DNA from: Octopus sinensis
Taxonomy: Eukaryota
Assembly: GCF_006345805.1 (NCBI RefSeq)
Contig: NC_043000.1
Span: 139,004,001-139,068,000, forward strand
Direction: 5' to 3'
Length of the DNA: 64,000 nucleotides
Positions 23,551 through 36,812 of the stretch are shown here, in pieces; position 1 is the first letter of the stretch; each line of letters starts with the position of its first letter. The notes under the pieces were generated by a model. That model did not search any database and was not told the DNA's origin. It saw nothing but the letters and a program-made list of their open reading frames with translations. Position numbers and translations under genes: made by a program.

Positions 23551-26079
23551 TTCCGTCGTAACTGCTATCCTGTCCTTTCTCGCCGCCTTGCAAGGCTTCT
23601 GGTTGACAAAATTTCCCTCTCTGTCTTCCACGATAATCCAGCGTTTACAATATTTTTTCGTCTGGCGTTAACAGCCCTTCTTATCTTGTTCTCCTTGTCT
23701 TGTCTCTCACTGTTATATATTTATTTTTCCACTGTTTATATATATATTTTTTACTGTTATATGTTTGTATGTCGTTACCGTCTTGCTTTTTTTTACCCCT
23801 CTGCGAAAAGATCTCAGAATTTTAATTGATTTGCTTTTCGCGGGAAGGAATTTTTCTTCGAAGTATACGTCTCGCTTTTATCCTTCGAAACGTTTAGTAG
23901 ATGAAATCTTAGCGACTGAAGAAGGGGATTTTTCGTTGTGCTTATTGTCCTGTATCTCTCCCTTTTTTTTTGCTTGTCTTGTTCCTTGTTTGTATCTATG
24001 TGTTTCGTCTCTCTATGTGTTCGACTTCTTTTTGTGTCCTGTACACATATATGCGTGTATATGTACATGTAGAGGTAGGTACGTACATATATGTTTATAT
24101 ATATGCATATATTCTATTTTATTAACATATTATACGATTAAACGCACGCACCCTACTAAGTAAGATTGTTCTGTTTATCAAGTTAGCCTTGATATTAACT
24201 CTCACGCGACTCTGCATCTTTCTTTCTTTCTCTCCCTTCCCTTTTTCGTCTTTTTTTCCTCACTTAACTTGTCTCTTCCTCTCTCTCTCATTCTTCATTC
24301 TCTCTCTCCCTTTCACCATTCTTCATGGTCTCCTCGCACATTCCCCTTCTTCTCTCTCTTCCTCTTGCTCCTCCTCCCCCTTTCCCGTCATCCATCTGCG
24401 ACGATACTTCCGTCGTAACTGCTATCCTGTCCTTTCTCGCCGCCTTGCAAGGCTTCTGGTTGACAAAATTTCCCTCTCTGTCTTCCACGATAATCCAGCG
24501 TTTACAATACTTTTTTCGTCTGGCGTTAACAGCCCTTCTTATCTTGTTCTCCTTGTCTTGTCTCTCACTGTTATATATTTATTTTTCCACTGTTTATATA
24601 TATATTTTTTACTGTTTATATGTTTGTACTGTCGTTACCGTCTTGCTTTTTTTCCCCTCGCGAAAAGATCTCAGAATTTTAATTGATTTGCTTTTCGCGG
24701 GAAGGAATTTTTCTTCGAAGTATACGTCTCGCTTTTATCCTTCGAAACGTTTAGTAGATGAATGAAATCTTAGCGACTGAAGAAGGGGATTTTTCGTTGT
24801 GCTTATTGTCCTGTATCTCTCCCTTTTTTTTTGCTTGTCTTGTTCCTTGGTTTGTATCTATGTTTTCGTCTCTCTATGTGTTCGACGTCTTTTTGGTGTC
24901 CTGTACACATATATGCGGTATATGTACATGTAGAGGTAGGTACGTACATATATGTTTATATATATGCATATATTCTATTTATTAACATATTATACGATTA
25001 AACGCACGCACCCTACTAAGTAAGATTGTTCTGTTTATCAAGTTAGCCTTGATATTAACTCTCACGCGACTCTGCATCTTTCTTTCTCTCTCCCATTCCC
25101 TTTTTCGTTTTTTTTCCCTCACTTAACTTGTCCTTCCTCTCTCTCTCATTCTTCATTCTCTCTCTCCCTTTCACCATTCTTCATGGTCTCCTCGCACCAT
25201 TCCCCTTCTTCTCCTCTCTCCTCTTGCTCCTCCTCCCCCTTTCCCGTCATCCATCTGCGACGATACTTCCGTCGTAACTGCTATCCTGTCCTTTCTCCGC
25301 CCGCCTTGCAAGGCTTCTGGTTGACAAAATTTCCCTCTCTGTCTTCCACGATAATCCAGCGTTTACAATACTTTTTTCGTCTGGCGTTAACAGCCCTTCT
25401 TATCTTGTTCTCCTTGTCTTGTCTCTCACTGTTATATATTTATTTTTCCACTGTTTATATATATATTTTTTACTGTATATGTTTGTACTGTCGTTACCGT
25501 CTGCTTTTTTTTACCCCTCTGCGAAAAGATCTCAGAATTTTAATTGATTTGCCTTTTCGGGAAGGAATTTTTTCTTGAAGTATACGTCTCGCTTTTATCC
25601 TTCGAAACGTTTAGTAGATGAAATCTTAGCGACTGAAGAAGGGGATTTTCGTGTGCTTATGTCCTGTATACTCTCCTTTTTTTTTGCTTGTCTTGTTCCT
25701 TGGTTTGTGTCTATGTGTTTCGTCTCTCTATGTGTTCGACGTCTTTTTGGTGTCCTGTACACATATATCGGTGTATATGTACATGTAGAGGTAGGTACGT
25801 ACATATATGTTTATATATATGCATATATTCTATTTTATTAACATATATATATATATATATATATATGCCTGTGTGTACGTTTGTGTGTCTGTGTTTGTCC
25901 TCCCAACATCGCTTGACAACAAATGCTGGTGTATTTACATCTCCGTAACTTAGTGGTTCGGCAAAAGAGACCGATAGAATAAGTACTAGGCTACCTAAGA
26001 TTAAGTGCTGGGGTCAATTTGCTCGACTAAAGGCAGTGCTCCAGCATTGCTACAGTCAAATGACTGAAACAAGTAAAAT
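23345..26079 (+). mobile_element. SINE family A split at its internal (TA)n by a 2.3-kb tandem array
   Basis: Head 23345-23510, tail 25867-26079. Confidence 0.88.
23551..25846. repeat. Tandem array, ~857-bp unit x ~2.7, non-coding
   Basis: Units start TTCCGTCGTAACTGC at 23551, 24408, 25267; near-identical; pyrimidine-rich plus strand. Confidence 0.95.
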
Positions 26080-26119
26080 AGTATATCTAGTACTATATTA
26101 TCTAATGATTTCATTGCAT

Positions 26120-26450
26120 TTTGCTAACAGGACAAGATACTGTGATAGCCTGGGCTTCAGAAGCTCACAGCTCTTCAATATCCTCCCAAAGAACCTGAGG
26201 GACCTGCATGGTGTAGATGCGGATGTCTTTAAAGTAGGACTGGATCTCTTCCTGTCAGGTGTCCCGGATGAACCAACTTCACGGCAGGAGGTGCAGATGA
26301 GGGCAGCTGCATCGAACTCTCTCATGCACCAAATGGCAGTTGCTAAAAAGCATTCTTGAGGTAAAATCATGTAGCAAACCAAATGGCGGTGCCCCAGCAT
26401 GGCCACAGCTCATGAGCTGAAACAGGAAAAATCAAAATCAATCAAAATCA
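26120..26450 (+). mobile_element. CR1/L2-group LINE 3' fragment
   Basis: SLGFRSSQLFNILPKNLRDL..VFKVGLDLFLSGVPDEP, short-repeat tail. Confidence 0.8.
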
Positions 26451-26747
26451 GAGTGGAGTGTGCTTTGATAGAGAGTTGGCTGTTATCTGTACGTTCAGCG
26501 ATCACGAGAAACTCACTCGGTAGGTACATGATTTTGAAGCTGTGTTGTCAATTAGTATTGAAATCATTCTATCCAAGCTGGGGACTAAGAATGCAAAATT
26601 TGTTTCAGTTTCAGAATGTTGACACTTCCATATAGCATCATTTAGAATGTACAATATATGCACATATGTGCATAGGGTTTTACATATATACATTCAAACA
26701 TACATACACACTCACTCATACACACACACATGTATGTGTGTGTGTAT

Positions 26748-26972
26748 TACTCTTTACTCTCTTTTACTTGTTTCAGTCATTTGACTGTGGCCATGCTGGA
26801 GCACCGCCTTTAGTCGAGAAAATCGACCCCGGGACTTATTCTTTTTAAGGCCAGTACTTATTCTATCGGTCTCTTTTGCCGAACCGCTAAGTGACGGGGA
26901 CATAAACACCCCAGCATCGGTTGTCAAGCAATGCTAGAGAGACAAACACAGACACACAAACACATACACACC

Positions 26973-27014
<42 letters not shown>

Positions 27015-27530
27015 TACGACAGGCTTCTTTCAGATTCCGTCTACCAAATCCACTCACAATGCTTTGGTCGGCCCGAGGTTATAGCAGATGACACTTACCC
27101 AAGATGCTACGCAGTGGGACTGAACCCGGAACCATGTGGTTGGTTAGCAAGCTACTTACCACACAGCCACTCCTGCGCCTACATATTCTTTTATTTGTTT
27201 GTCATTTGACTGCGGCCATACTGGAGCACCGCCTTTAGTCGAACAAATCTACCCCAGGACTTATCCTATTGCTCTCTCTTGCCAAACCACAAAGTTACGG
27301 GGATGTAAACACACCAACAACAATTGTCAAACAATGGTGGGGAGACAAAAGCAGACACATGAACACACACACAGACACACACACATACGATGGGCTTCTT
27401 TTAGTTTCCGTCTATCAAATCCACTCACAAGGCTTTGGTCAGCCCAAGGCTATAGTAGAAGACATTTGCCCAAGGTACCATGCAGTAGGACTGAACCCAG
27501 AACTATGTGGTTGGTAAGCAAGCCATTCCT
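26748..27530 (-). mobile_element. Two adjacent SINE family A copies
   Basis: 26748-27179 and 27186-27530. Confidence 0.88.
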
Positions 27531-27704
27531 GTATCTATATATATATATTCAATTTTTGGGGATTAATCGATATGCGGGTATTCTATTTCAGATAATACAG
27601 AAACATAACCTAATGAGTATATCTGAAGGTAAACTCAAGGTATCAGTTTGCACATCATGAAATAATACTTAAAGGATATAACCAAAATTACCAGCTGGAT
27701 GATG

Positions 27705-27763
<59 letters not shown>

Positions 27764-28322
27764 ATGAAGAAGACGACGAACAACAACAACAACAACAACA
27801 ACAATAATAACAATAATAATAATAATAATAATAATGATGATAATGATTACTTTTACTTGCCACCAGAGTAAAGAATAAGGGGGAAAATACAAAACTGACA
27901 GAAAGTCAGGGTTTCACTACAGTCTCTAGCAGCTTTACATAGCCATGGGAATTGAGCCTAAGGCCCTGTTCAAGCCTGTGGAATGGCCTGACGTCAGCTT
28001 CACAGGAGACACATCCAAAGATAATCATAATCTGTCTTCATAGTTTCCATCGAGCTATAGTTTCCTATTACAGCCTTTACAATGCTCACAGAGCATTGAG
28101 CAGCTGTCATAATATTTGGCTCTCTGATACCCAGCACGAAATATCTTACAGAGGTAACTCTTTTCCAATATTCAGATATCTTCTAGTCCTTCATATAAGC
28201 TAACGTCTTCTCAACTACAATTTTATTTTATATTCTCTAACACCATTGACTGTTTACCAATACATAAAGTTGTTTTTGAAAAAAAGATTCATAAGATCAT
28301 AAAATTTAGTCCAAACACCTTG

Positions 28323-28363
<41 letters not shown>

Positions 28364-29688
28364 TACGACAGGCTTCTTTCAGATTCCGTCTACCAAATCC
28401 ACTCACAATGCTTTGGTCGGCCCGAGGTTATAGCAGATGACACTTACCCAAGATGCTACGCAGTGGGACTGAACCCGGAACCATGTGGTTGGTTAGCAAG
28501 CTACTTACCACACAGCCACTCCTGCGCCTACATATTCTTTTATTTGTTTGTCATTTGACTGCGGCCATACTGGAGCACCGCCTTTAGTCGAACAAATCTA
28601 CCCCAGGACTTATCCTATTGCTCTCTCTTGCCAAACCACAAAGTTACGGGGATGTAAACACACCAACAACAATTGTCAAACAATGGTGGGGAGACAAAAG
28701 CAGACACATGAACACACACACAGACACACACACATACGATGGGCTTCTTTTAGTTTCCGTCTATCAAATCCACTCACAGGCTTTGGTCAGCCCAAGGCTA
28801 TAGTAGAAGACATTTGCCCAAGGTACCATGCAGTAGGACTGAACCCAGAACTATGTGGTTGGTAAGCAAGCCATTCCTGTATCTATATATATATATTCAA
28901 TTTTTGGGGATTAATCGATATGGGGTATTCTATTTCAGATAATACAGAAACATAACCTAATGAGTATATCTGAAGGTAAACTCAAGGTATCAGTTGCACA
29001 TCATGAAATAATACTTAAAGGATATAACCAAAATTACCAGCTGGATGATGATAATAATAATAATAATAATATATAATAATAATAATAATAAGAAGAAGAG
29101 AAGAAGAAGAAGAAGAAGAAGAAGAAGATGAGAAGACGGCGAACAACAAAAACAACAACAACAACAATAATAACAATAATAATAATAATAATAATAATGA
29201 TGATAATGATTACTTTTACTTGCCACCAGAGTAAAGAATAAGGGGGAAAATACAAAACTGACAGAAAGTCAGGGTTTCACTACAGTCTCTAGCAGCTTTA
29301 CATAGCCATGGGAATTGAGCCTAAGGCCCTGTTCAAGCCTGTGGAATGGCCTGACGTCAGCTTCACAGGAGACACATCCAAAGATAATCATAATCTGTCT
29401 TCATAGTTTCCATCGAGCTATAGTTTCCTATTACAGCCTTTACAATGCTCACAGAGCATTGAGCAGCTGTCATAATATTTGGCTCTCTGATACCCAGCAC
29501 GAAATATCTTACAGAGGTAACTCTTTTCCAATATTCAGATATCTTCTAGTCCTTCATATAAGCTAACGTCTTCTCAACTACAATTTTTATCTTTTATATT
29601 CTCTAACACCATTGACTGTTTACCAATACATAAAGTTGTTTTTGAAAAAAAGATTCATAAGATCATAAAATTTAGTCCAAACACCTTG
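27009..29688. repeat. Tandem duplication (~1.35 kb x2)
   Basis: 27009-28322 vs 28358-29688, (TA)n at junctions. Confidence 0.95.
27697..27848. repeat. Compound trinucleotide microsatellite (GAT/AAT/GAA/GAC/CAA)
   Basis: Read directly; duplicated at ~29044-29210. Confidence 0.95.
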
Positions 29689-29729
29689 TATATATATATA
29701 TATATATATACATATTCTTATATTCACAT

Positions 29730-30185
29730 CCTCATTGTTTAACGTCCATTTCCCATGCTAGCATGGGTTGGACGGTTCGACTGGGGTCTGAGAAGCCAGG
29801 AGGCTGCACCAGACTTCTGTCTGATCTGGCAGAGTTTCTACAGCTGGATGCCCTTCCTAATGCCAACCACTCCGTGAGTGTAGTGGGTGTTTTTTACTTG
29901 CCACTGGCACAGGTGCCAAGTGAGGCTGGCAGCAGCCACGATCGGTTGGTGCATTTTATGTGCCACCTGCAAGGAAGCTAGTCAAAGTGGTGCTAGTGTC
30001 GGCCACGTTGGATGGTGCATTTTATGTGCCACCGGCACAGGTATCGCAACTACAATTTCCATTTGATTTTTTGATGTTGATGTACTTGACTCAATAGGTC
30101 TCCTCAAGCACAGCGGGTCACCCTACGATCCAAGGTAAGGATAACAGGCCGTCCTGTGATCCAAGGTACTTTGGATGGTCTGGGG
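29730..30185 (-). mobile_element. RTE 3' UTR copy (family C)
   Basis: Tail motifs plus GTGGCACATAAAA repeats. Confidence 0.85.
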
Positions 30186-30237
30186 CTTATATAAATAAAT
30201 ACGTATAGACATGCTTAAATATTTGTATCCATATACA

Positions 30238-30637
30238 GGCGCAGGAGTGGCTGTGTGGTAAGTAGCTTGCTAACCAACCACATGGTTCTGGGTTCAGTCC
30301 CACTGTGCAGCATCTTGGGCAAGTGTCTTCAACTATAGACCCAGGCCGACCAATGCCTTGTGAGTGGATTTGGTAGACGGAAACTGAAAGAAGCCTGTCA
30401 TATATATGTATATATGTATGTGTGTGTGTTTGTGTGTCTGTGTTTGTCCCCCTAGCATTGCTTGACAACCGATGCTAGTGTGTTTATGTCCCCGTCACTT
30501 AGCGGTTCGGCAAAAGAGACCGATAGACTAAGTACTGGGCTTACAAAGAATAAGTCCCGGGGTCGAGTTGCTCGACTAAAGGCGGTGCTCCAGCATGGCC
30601 GCAGTCAAATGACTGAAACAAGTAAAAGAGTAAAAGA
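30238..30637 (+). mobile_element. SINE family A, full length
   Basis: Matches 17266 copy. Confidence 0.92.
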
Positions 30638-30789
30638 GTATATGTATCCATATATATACGATCATGATGGACTCTCTTGTCGAACAAAATGTGTGTTCAG
30701 CTTTTTGCTAAACGACTTGCCCAAATGATTTGTTTATAGTGATCGAATATTTTTGCTGTATGCTTATATATCTGTATGCATTTATGTGT

Positions 30790-31198
30790 TGCTTTGTGAT
30801 AAGAAGCTTGCTTCCCACCCACATGGTTCCAGGATCAGTTGCACTGCATAGCATCTTGGGCAAGTGTCTTTTATTATATTCTCAGGCTGACCAATGCCTT
30901 ATGGTTGGATTTGGAAGGTGGAAACTGAAAGACGCTTGTTGCATATATATATGTATATATTTATGTGTGTGTGTCTTTGTGTCTATGTCTGTCACCCCAC
31001 CCCACCCCCAGTTCTTGACAACTGATATTGGTGCGTTTATGTCCCTGTAACTGAACAGTTCAGCAAAAAGAGATTGATATAAGTACTAGGCTTACAAAAA
31101 TAAGTCCTGGGGTTGATTTTTTCAATTAAAACACCCTTTAAGTCAGTGCTCCAGTGTGGCTGCAGTCAAATGACTAGAACAAGTAAAAGAATAAAAGA

Positions 31199-31199
<1 letters not shown>
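30790..31199 (+). mobile_element. SINE family A, older subfamily
   Basis: Diverged head and tail. Confidence 0.85.
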
Positions 31200-31247
<48 letters not shown>

Positions 31248-31851
31248 ACTTTCATAGATCACTAAAAAAACTTCACTGTAAACTTGAAATTGGAATTTTT
31301 TCTAAATCTAATCTAGCTTTAAAATTAATAAGGCTTTCCCCCAGTTATAAAATACTATGCCTACTCATAATAATAAGTGATAGGTTTTTTCCCTACTCTC
31401 TGTAAAGGGGATTAATGACCATTTGACATTGACCTAGTTTCTCTCACCAAATAGTAGTAATTGGCATTTTGTTAGTGGCAACTAGTGTTTTCAATTTGAA
31501 TTCCTTTTATGGTATTCTGAAACCCCCATTCCTACAACTAAAAAATCTTTATTACTTCTAACCTTATAGCAGTTAGATACAGCCGTAGCTTGGTCAGTCA
31601 GTGGTTGGACTTCACTAGCTCATATGTTCTTAAAATTTAAATCTACATCTTTGTCTGTATATCTACCTTCTCTATAATGTTGCCACTTGATTTCAAAACT
31701 TTTGTATTAATGGAAAACCTCTATAATTGGCTGATGAGCACTCAGCGTCTTAAATCTGTTGTAATACTTACAACTTTTAATAAAATGATGTAGTGTGAAA
31801 CAATTGTACCAAATTACCGGAGTCATTCTTGTTGCTTATTTTGGATATATA

Positions 31852-31884
<33 letters not shown>

Positions 31885-31889
31885 CATGA

Positions 31890-32354
31890 ACCAAATTCGA
31901 TGACTGGCACCGGTGCCAGTGGAGTGCTAACAGCTCTATCTGAATGGGATCACTGCCAGAGAAGCTGTCTGGCTTCTGTACCGGTGGCACCTAAAAAGCA
32001 TCATTTGAGTGTGATTTTTACCTGCATTGCCTTACTGGCACTTGTGCCGGTGGCACGTGAACAAAACATTCGAGCGAAGTCGTTACCAGTGTTGCTGGAC
32101 TTATTCCTGTGCAGGTGGCACATAAAAAGCGCCATTTGAGCATGGCCGTTGCCAGTAGCCCCAGACTGGCCCTCATGCCAGTGGCACGTAAAAGCATCCA
32201 CTACACTCTCGGAGTGGTTGGCATTAAGAAGGGCAACCAGCTGTAGAAACTCTGCCAGATCTAATTGGGGCCTGGTACAGCCATCTGGTTTGCCAGACCT
32301 CAGCCAAATCGTCCAACCCATGCTAGCATGGAAAGTGGACATTAAACGATGATG

Positions 32355-32409
<55 letters not shown>

Positions 32410-32548
32410 GATATATATCATCATCATCGTTTAACGTCTGCTTTCCATGCTAGCATGGGTTGGACGGTTCAACTGGGGTCTGGGAAGCCCGAAGGCTGCA
32501 CCAGGCCAGTCAGATCTGGCGGTGTTTCTACAGCTGGACACCGCCAGA

Positions 32549-32550
<2 letters not shown>
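31890..32550. mobile_element. Two RTE-tail copies tail-to-tail (31890-32355 +, 32418-32550 -)
   Basis: Family C motifs on opposite strands around (TA)n. Confidence 0.85.
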
Positions 32551-32603
<53 letters not shown>

Positions 32604-33304
32604 GGATATATATATATATATGTATGTATGTATGGATATATATATATATATGCTCACACACACACACAAAGTGGAATAAGCAGCTACTTATAGTATCACG
32701 CAATCTGTTTCCAAATCAATGGATGCATATTTCACGTGCAAAAAGAATCACCAGAAGCGCTGAATGCTCACTGCACAAACACACACACACACACACACAC
32801 ACACATTTTTGCACATGCATAGAGAATACAGAGAAACATGTATGGACACACATATATATATATATATATACCTTTACTCGCCCTCTCCCTCTTATTCATA
32901 CTGTACCTTTTGTTTTTAATATACTTTCCTATAATTGGAAATAGTCAGTCGTAAAATTCCCGCTAATAATGAAGTTATCTCATATAAAACTTCTGGAAAT
33001 AGTTTTGATGACATAAATCTGCCACTTCAACCAAATTTATGACACTGTAGATAAATAAAATTATTTCAAGATATTGAAATTAAAACAACAATCACAACAG
33101 CAAAAACAACAGACAGTTTGTTTGAATGAAATTCTCAGCTTTTGCTATTGATTGAAAGTTTAAATTCAAAATGTCAAGTGAATGCTGAGCTGAGGTTCAT
33201 TTAATTACAACTTTGTTTCATCAACTTTCTAATATAAAACTTAATTCAGTGTATAAACATTTGTTGTCTTAGTTGAAGTGATTGCAGATTGTGCCTCTAT
33301 GAAG

Positions 33305-33337
<33 letters not shown>

Positions 33338-33437
33338 AGTATACACATTCACATACATGTACATGCATACATTTATATGTATGTATATACATATATTTAA
33401 GCATATATATGCTTAGATTTATGAATGTATATAAATG

Positions 33438-33468
<31 letters not shown>

Positions 33469-33649
33469 ATTCTTTTATTCTTTTACTGGTTTCAGTCACT
33501 GGACTGCAGCCTTGCTGAAGCACTACTTTTGGTCGAGCAAATTGACCCCAAGATTTATTCTTTGTAAGCCTAGTACTTATTGTGTCAGTCTCTTTTGCCG
33601 AACTGTGTGTATGTATGCTTTTTTTTTTGGGGGGGGGGGATAAACTGGA

Positions 33650-34100
33650 AAATGACCATTAGTAATATGGAGGTGCTTGAGAGGAGTGGCAGTAGAAGTA
33701 TAGAGTCAATGATTCTGCAAAGACGTTTGAAGTGGGGAGGGGACATGTGGTAAGGATGAGTGATGAACAACTGCTCAAGAAGCTACTGTATGGTGAGCTG
33801 GAAGATTGCAGGAGACCTGTGCATAAGACTAAACTAAGGTTTAAGGATTGCCTTAAAAATGCTCTAATACAGACAGGAATTGCAGCTGATTATTGGGAGA
33901 GGGAGGCACAAGACCACGATGGATGGAGGAAGGAGGAAGATAGTGCATGATGGTTGTTCAAAGTTTGAGAGGGTGAGATTGAAGTATGAGAGAATTAGGA
34001 GGGGGTCTTAGAAGGAGGGAACTTGTAGGAAGTGAGAATGTTGTTTTTTGTGTGGTTTATGGGAGTAGGTGTTTGAGTCGTGCAGGCCTGGTGAACCATC
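33650..34100 (+). mobile_element. Old RTE (BovB-like) 3' ORF fragment
   Basis: GHVVRMSDEQLLKKLLYGELE..RFKDCLK. Confidence 0.8.
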
Positions 34101-34279
34101 AAAAATCTCACAGGAATTGACCAATGATAAACAGTGATGTGGCTAAAACAATGTACGTGATAACACTTCCAAACAGTTAAGATCAAAAGCCATGAGAGCC
34201 ACTGTCTGGTACTACATGAGGGCATATATTATTATCATCATCATCATTATTATTATTATTTTATTATTATTATATTATT

Positions 34280-34345
<66 letters not shown>

Positions 34346-34346
34346 A

Positions 34347-34570
34347 AGGGAGCAAGCTGGCAGAACCATTAGCATGCCGGGCAAACTGCTTAGCAGCATT
34401 TTGTCTGTTCTTATGTTCTGAGTTCAAATTCTGCTGAGGTCAACTTCGCCTTTCATCCTTTTGTTGGGGGCGATAAAATAAGTACCAGTTGACCACTGAG
34501 GTTGATGTTATCAACTTATCCAACTTTCCCTGAAATTGCTGGCTTTGTGCTAAAATTTGAAACCAATATC
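34347..34570 (+). mobile_element. SINE-B-related element with alternative tail, in (TAT)n
   Basis: Head and central domain match family B. Confidence 0.8.
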
Positions 34571-34638
34571 ATTACAATTATAACTATGAATACCAATCAC
34601 CACTATTATTATTACTATTATTATCATCATCATCATCG

Positions 34639-34669
<31 letters not shown>

Positions 34670-34674
34670 TTTTT

Positions 34675-34892
34675 TCCTTCTTTCTTCAAATTTTCTTCCG
34701 TTTCTCGCCGAGTGTTTTCCATACACCTAGGGCAGAGAAGGGCATTGCATGCATTCCCAGATTACACGTGCAAATTCACAGATAAAATATGTATTTAAAA
34801 ATTAATAAATAAAAATATTCATAGATGGATGTTATTTTCACAACGATAGTGCTCTTCTTAATACATGAGCCGTTCCAGTTAATACGATTTTT
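34675..34892 (-). mobile_element. R4/Dong-like LINE extreme 3' end
   Basis: MQKIVLTGTAHVLRRALSL* plus 3' UTR, flanked by (TAA)n. Confidence 0.75.
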
Positions 34893-34936
34893 TGCATATA
34901 TTTATTATTATTATTATAATTATTATTATTATTATT

Positions 34937-35423
34937 CAGTAGTTTTATTTTTATAGCGTGCTTTCACTTCACTACCGAGCGCAGCTCTGTGTGCCTTGGG
35001 TATGTGCTGTGATTTGTTGTGATGCTCTGATGGTTATTGTATGGAAAGTGTTCTGAGTAGGATGTGTGCAGTGCCTAGTAGTGCAATTTTCTGTATGATA
35101 TATGTGTTTGTAAGTCCTGGTGTTTTTGTTATGTATTTGTCTGAATATTTTTTTATCATGCCTAATGCACCTACTATGATAGGAATTGTTTCTGTTTTCA
35201 GATTCCACATTCTAGTTACCTCTATTTCCAGGTCTTTGTATTTTGAGAGTTTCTCCATTTCTTTTAGAGACACGTTGTCATCTACTGGTATTGATACATC
35301 AATTAGAAAGCATTTTTTTTCTTCATGATCTCTGACAACTATATCTGGTCTGTTGGCCTTAATTTCTCTATCTGTGTGTATCGGCATATCCCAGAGTATG
35401 GTTGCTTTCTCGTTTTCTGTGAC
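34937..35423 (-). mobile_element. R4/Dong-like LINE 3' end with restriction-like endonuclease
   Basis: NRPDIVV..LIDVSIP..EKLSKY (PD-D/ExK type), both ends in (TAA)n. Confidence 0.92.
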
Positions 35424-35485
<62 letters not shown>

Positions 35486-35906
35486 GCTAGTAATTTAATT
35501 TGTAGGAATGTTATCTTGGGGAATGGTGACAGCATAACTCCACAAACTTTTCTGCTGGTCAACACTGCAAGTCTCAATTCCAATCTCTTTCCGTCTTTTA
35601 AGAAGTATTTTGGGTGTTGTACCAAGTGCACCATTACCATAGAAAAAATTGCTGTTTTAGTCATGCACAGTCTCTTCAGCTCCCTGACTTGTTCTTGATA
35701 TTTCTCAGTTTTATCCATTTATTTTGAACCAGCTCTGTTATTATAGGGAATTGCAGAGTCCATCACCCTATATTGTTTGTTTATTTTGTCCTCCTTAATC
35801 AAATCTCAACTTGCTTCAATAATATGGACAGGCCTTTGTCCTCTATAATCATATCTCATCTTATGCTTGTTTTGTACAGATTTACACATGAGATAGTGTA
35901 AGGAAG

Positions 35907-35943
<37 letters not shown>

Positions 35944-36352
35944 GAAAATGAAAGAGAAAGAGAGAGATAAACTTTCATAGATAGTTAGATAGTTATATAT
36001 TCATTATTAACACTTGCATCTCCTTTCCTGGAAATTCTACATTTATTCTCTGACAGAGTTTTGTCAATCTTTGCCTTTATCAGAATCATCCTAATGGCTT
36101 GTTCATGAGTGGCTATAATTAACACCTGCTCTTTCAGGTTCCTGTCTGTCAGCCATAGCTCGTGTTTTTACTTCTGACACCTATAGCTGGTTGCATGAAT
36201 TGGCCATGTAATTTCCATTGCTTTCCATCTAATTGTTCTGTAGTTCTTTCTTCCGTTCTCAAAGTCTCTTTCTGTTTCAGTAACACTTTTGGCATCCCTA
36301 GCACCAATAATATTCTTCATTCTATACAGCATTATTTTACAACCACAATACT

Positions 36353-36763
36353 CTCTCTTTTACTCTTTTACTTGTTTCAGTCATTTGACTGCGGCCATGC
36401 TGGAGCACCGCCTTTAGTTGAGCAAATCGACCCAGGGACTTATTCTTTGTAAGCCCAGTACTTATTCTATCGGTCTCTTTTGCCGAACCGCTAAGTGATG
36501 GGGACGTAAACACACCAGCATCGGTTGTCAAGCAATGCTAGGGGGACAAACACAGACACACAAACACACACACACACATACATATATATATACATATATA
36601 CGACAGGCTTCCTTCAGTTTCTGTCTACCAAATCCACTCACAAGGTATTGGTCGGCCCGGGGCTATAGCAGAAGACACTTGCCCAAGATGCCACGCAGTG
36701 GGACTGAACCCAGAACCATGTGGTTGGTTAGCAAGCTACTTACCACACAGCCACTCCTGCGCC
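36353..36763 (-). mobile_element. SINE family A, full length
   Basis: Matches 16235 copy. Confidence 0.92.
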
Positions 36764-36812
36764 TATATTTCAGTACTTACATTTAGTAATTCTCTGCTTC
36801 CTTTTCTTAGTA

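Noticed and set aside
23551-25846. LTR/TRIM interpretation of the A-B-A-B-A array, and its hydrophobic ORFs
   Set aside because: No TG..CA termini, PBS or TSD seen; ORFs shift frame between copies and reflect pyrimidine bias
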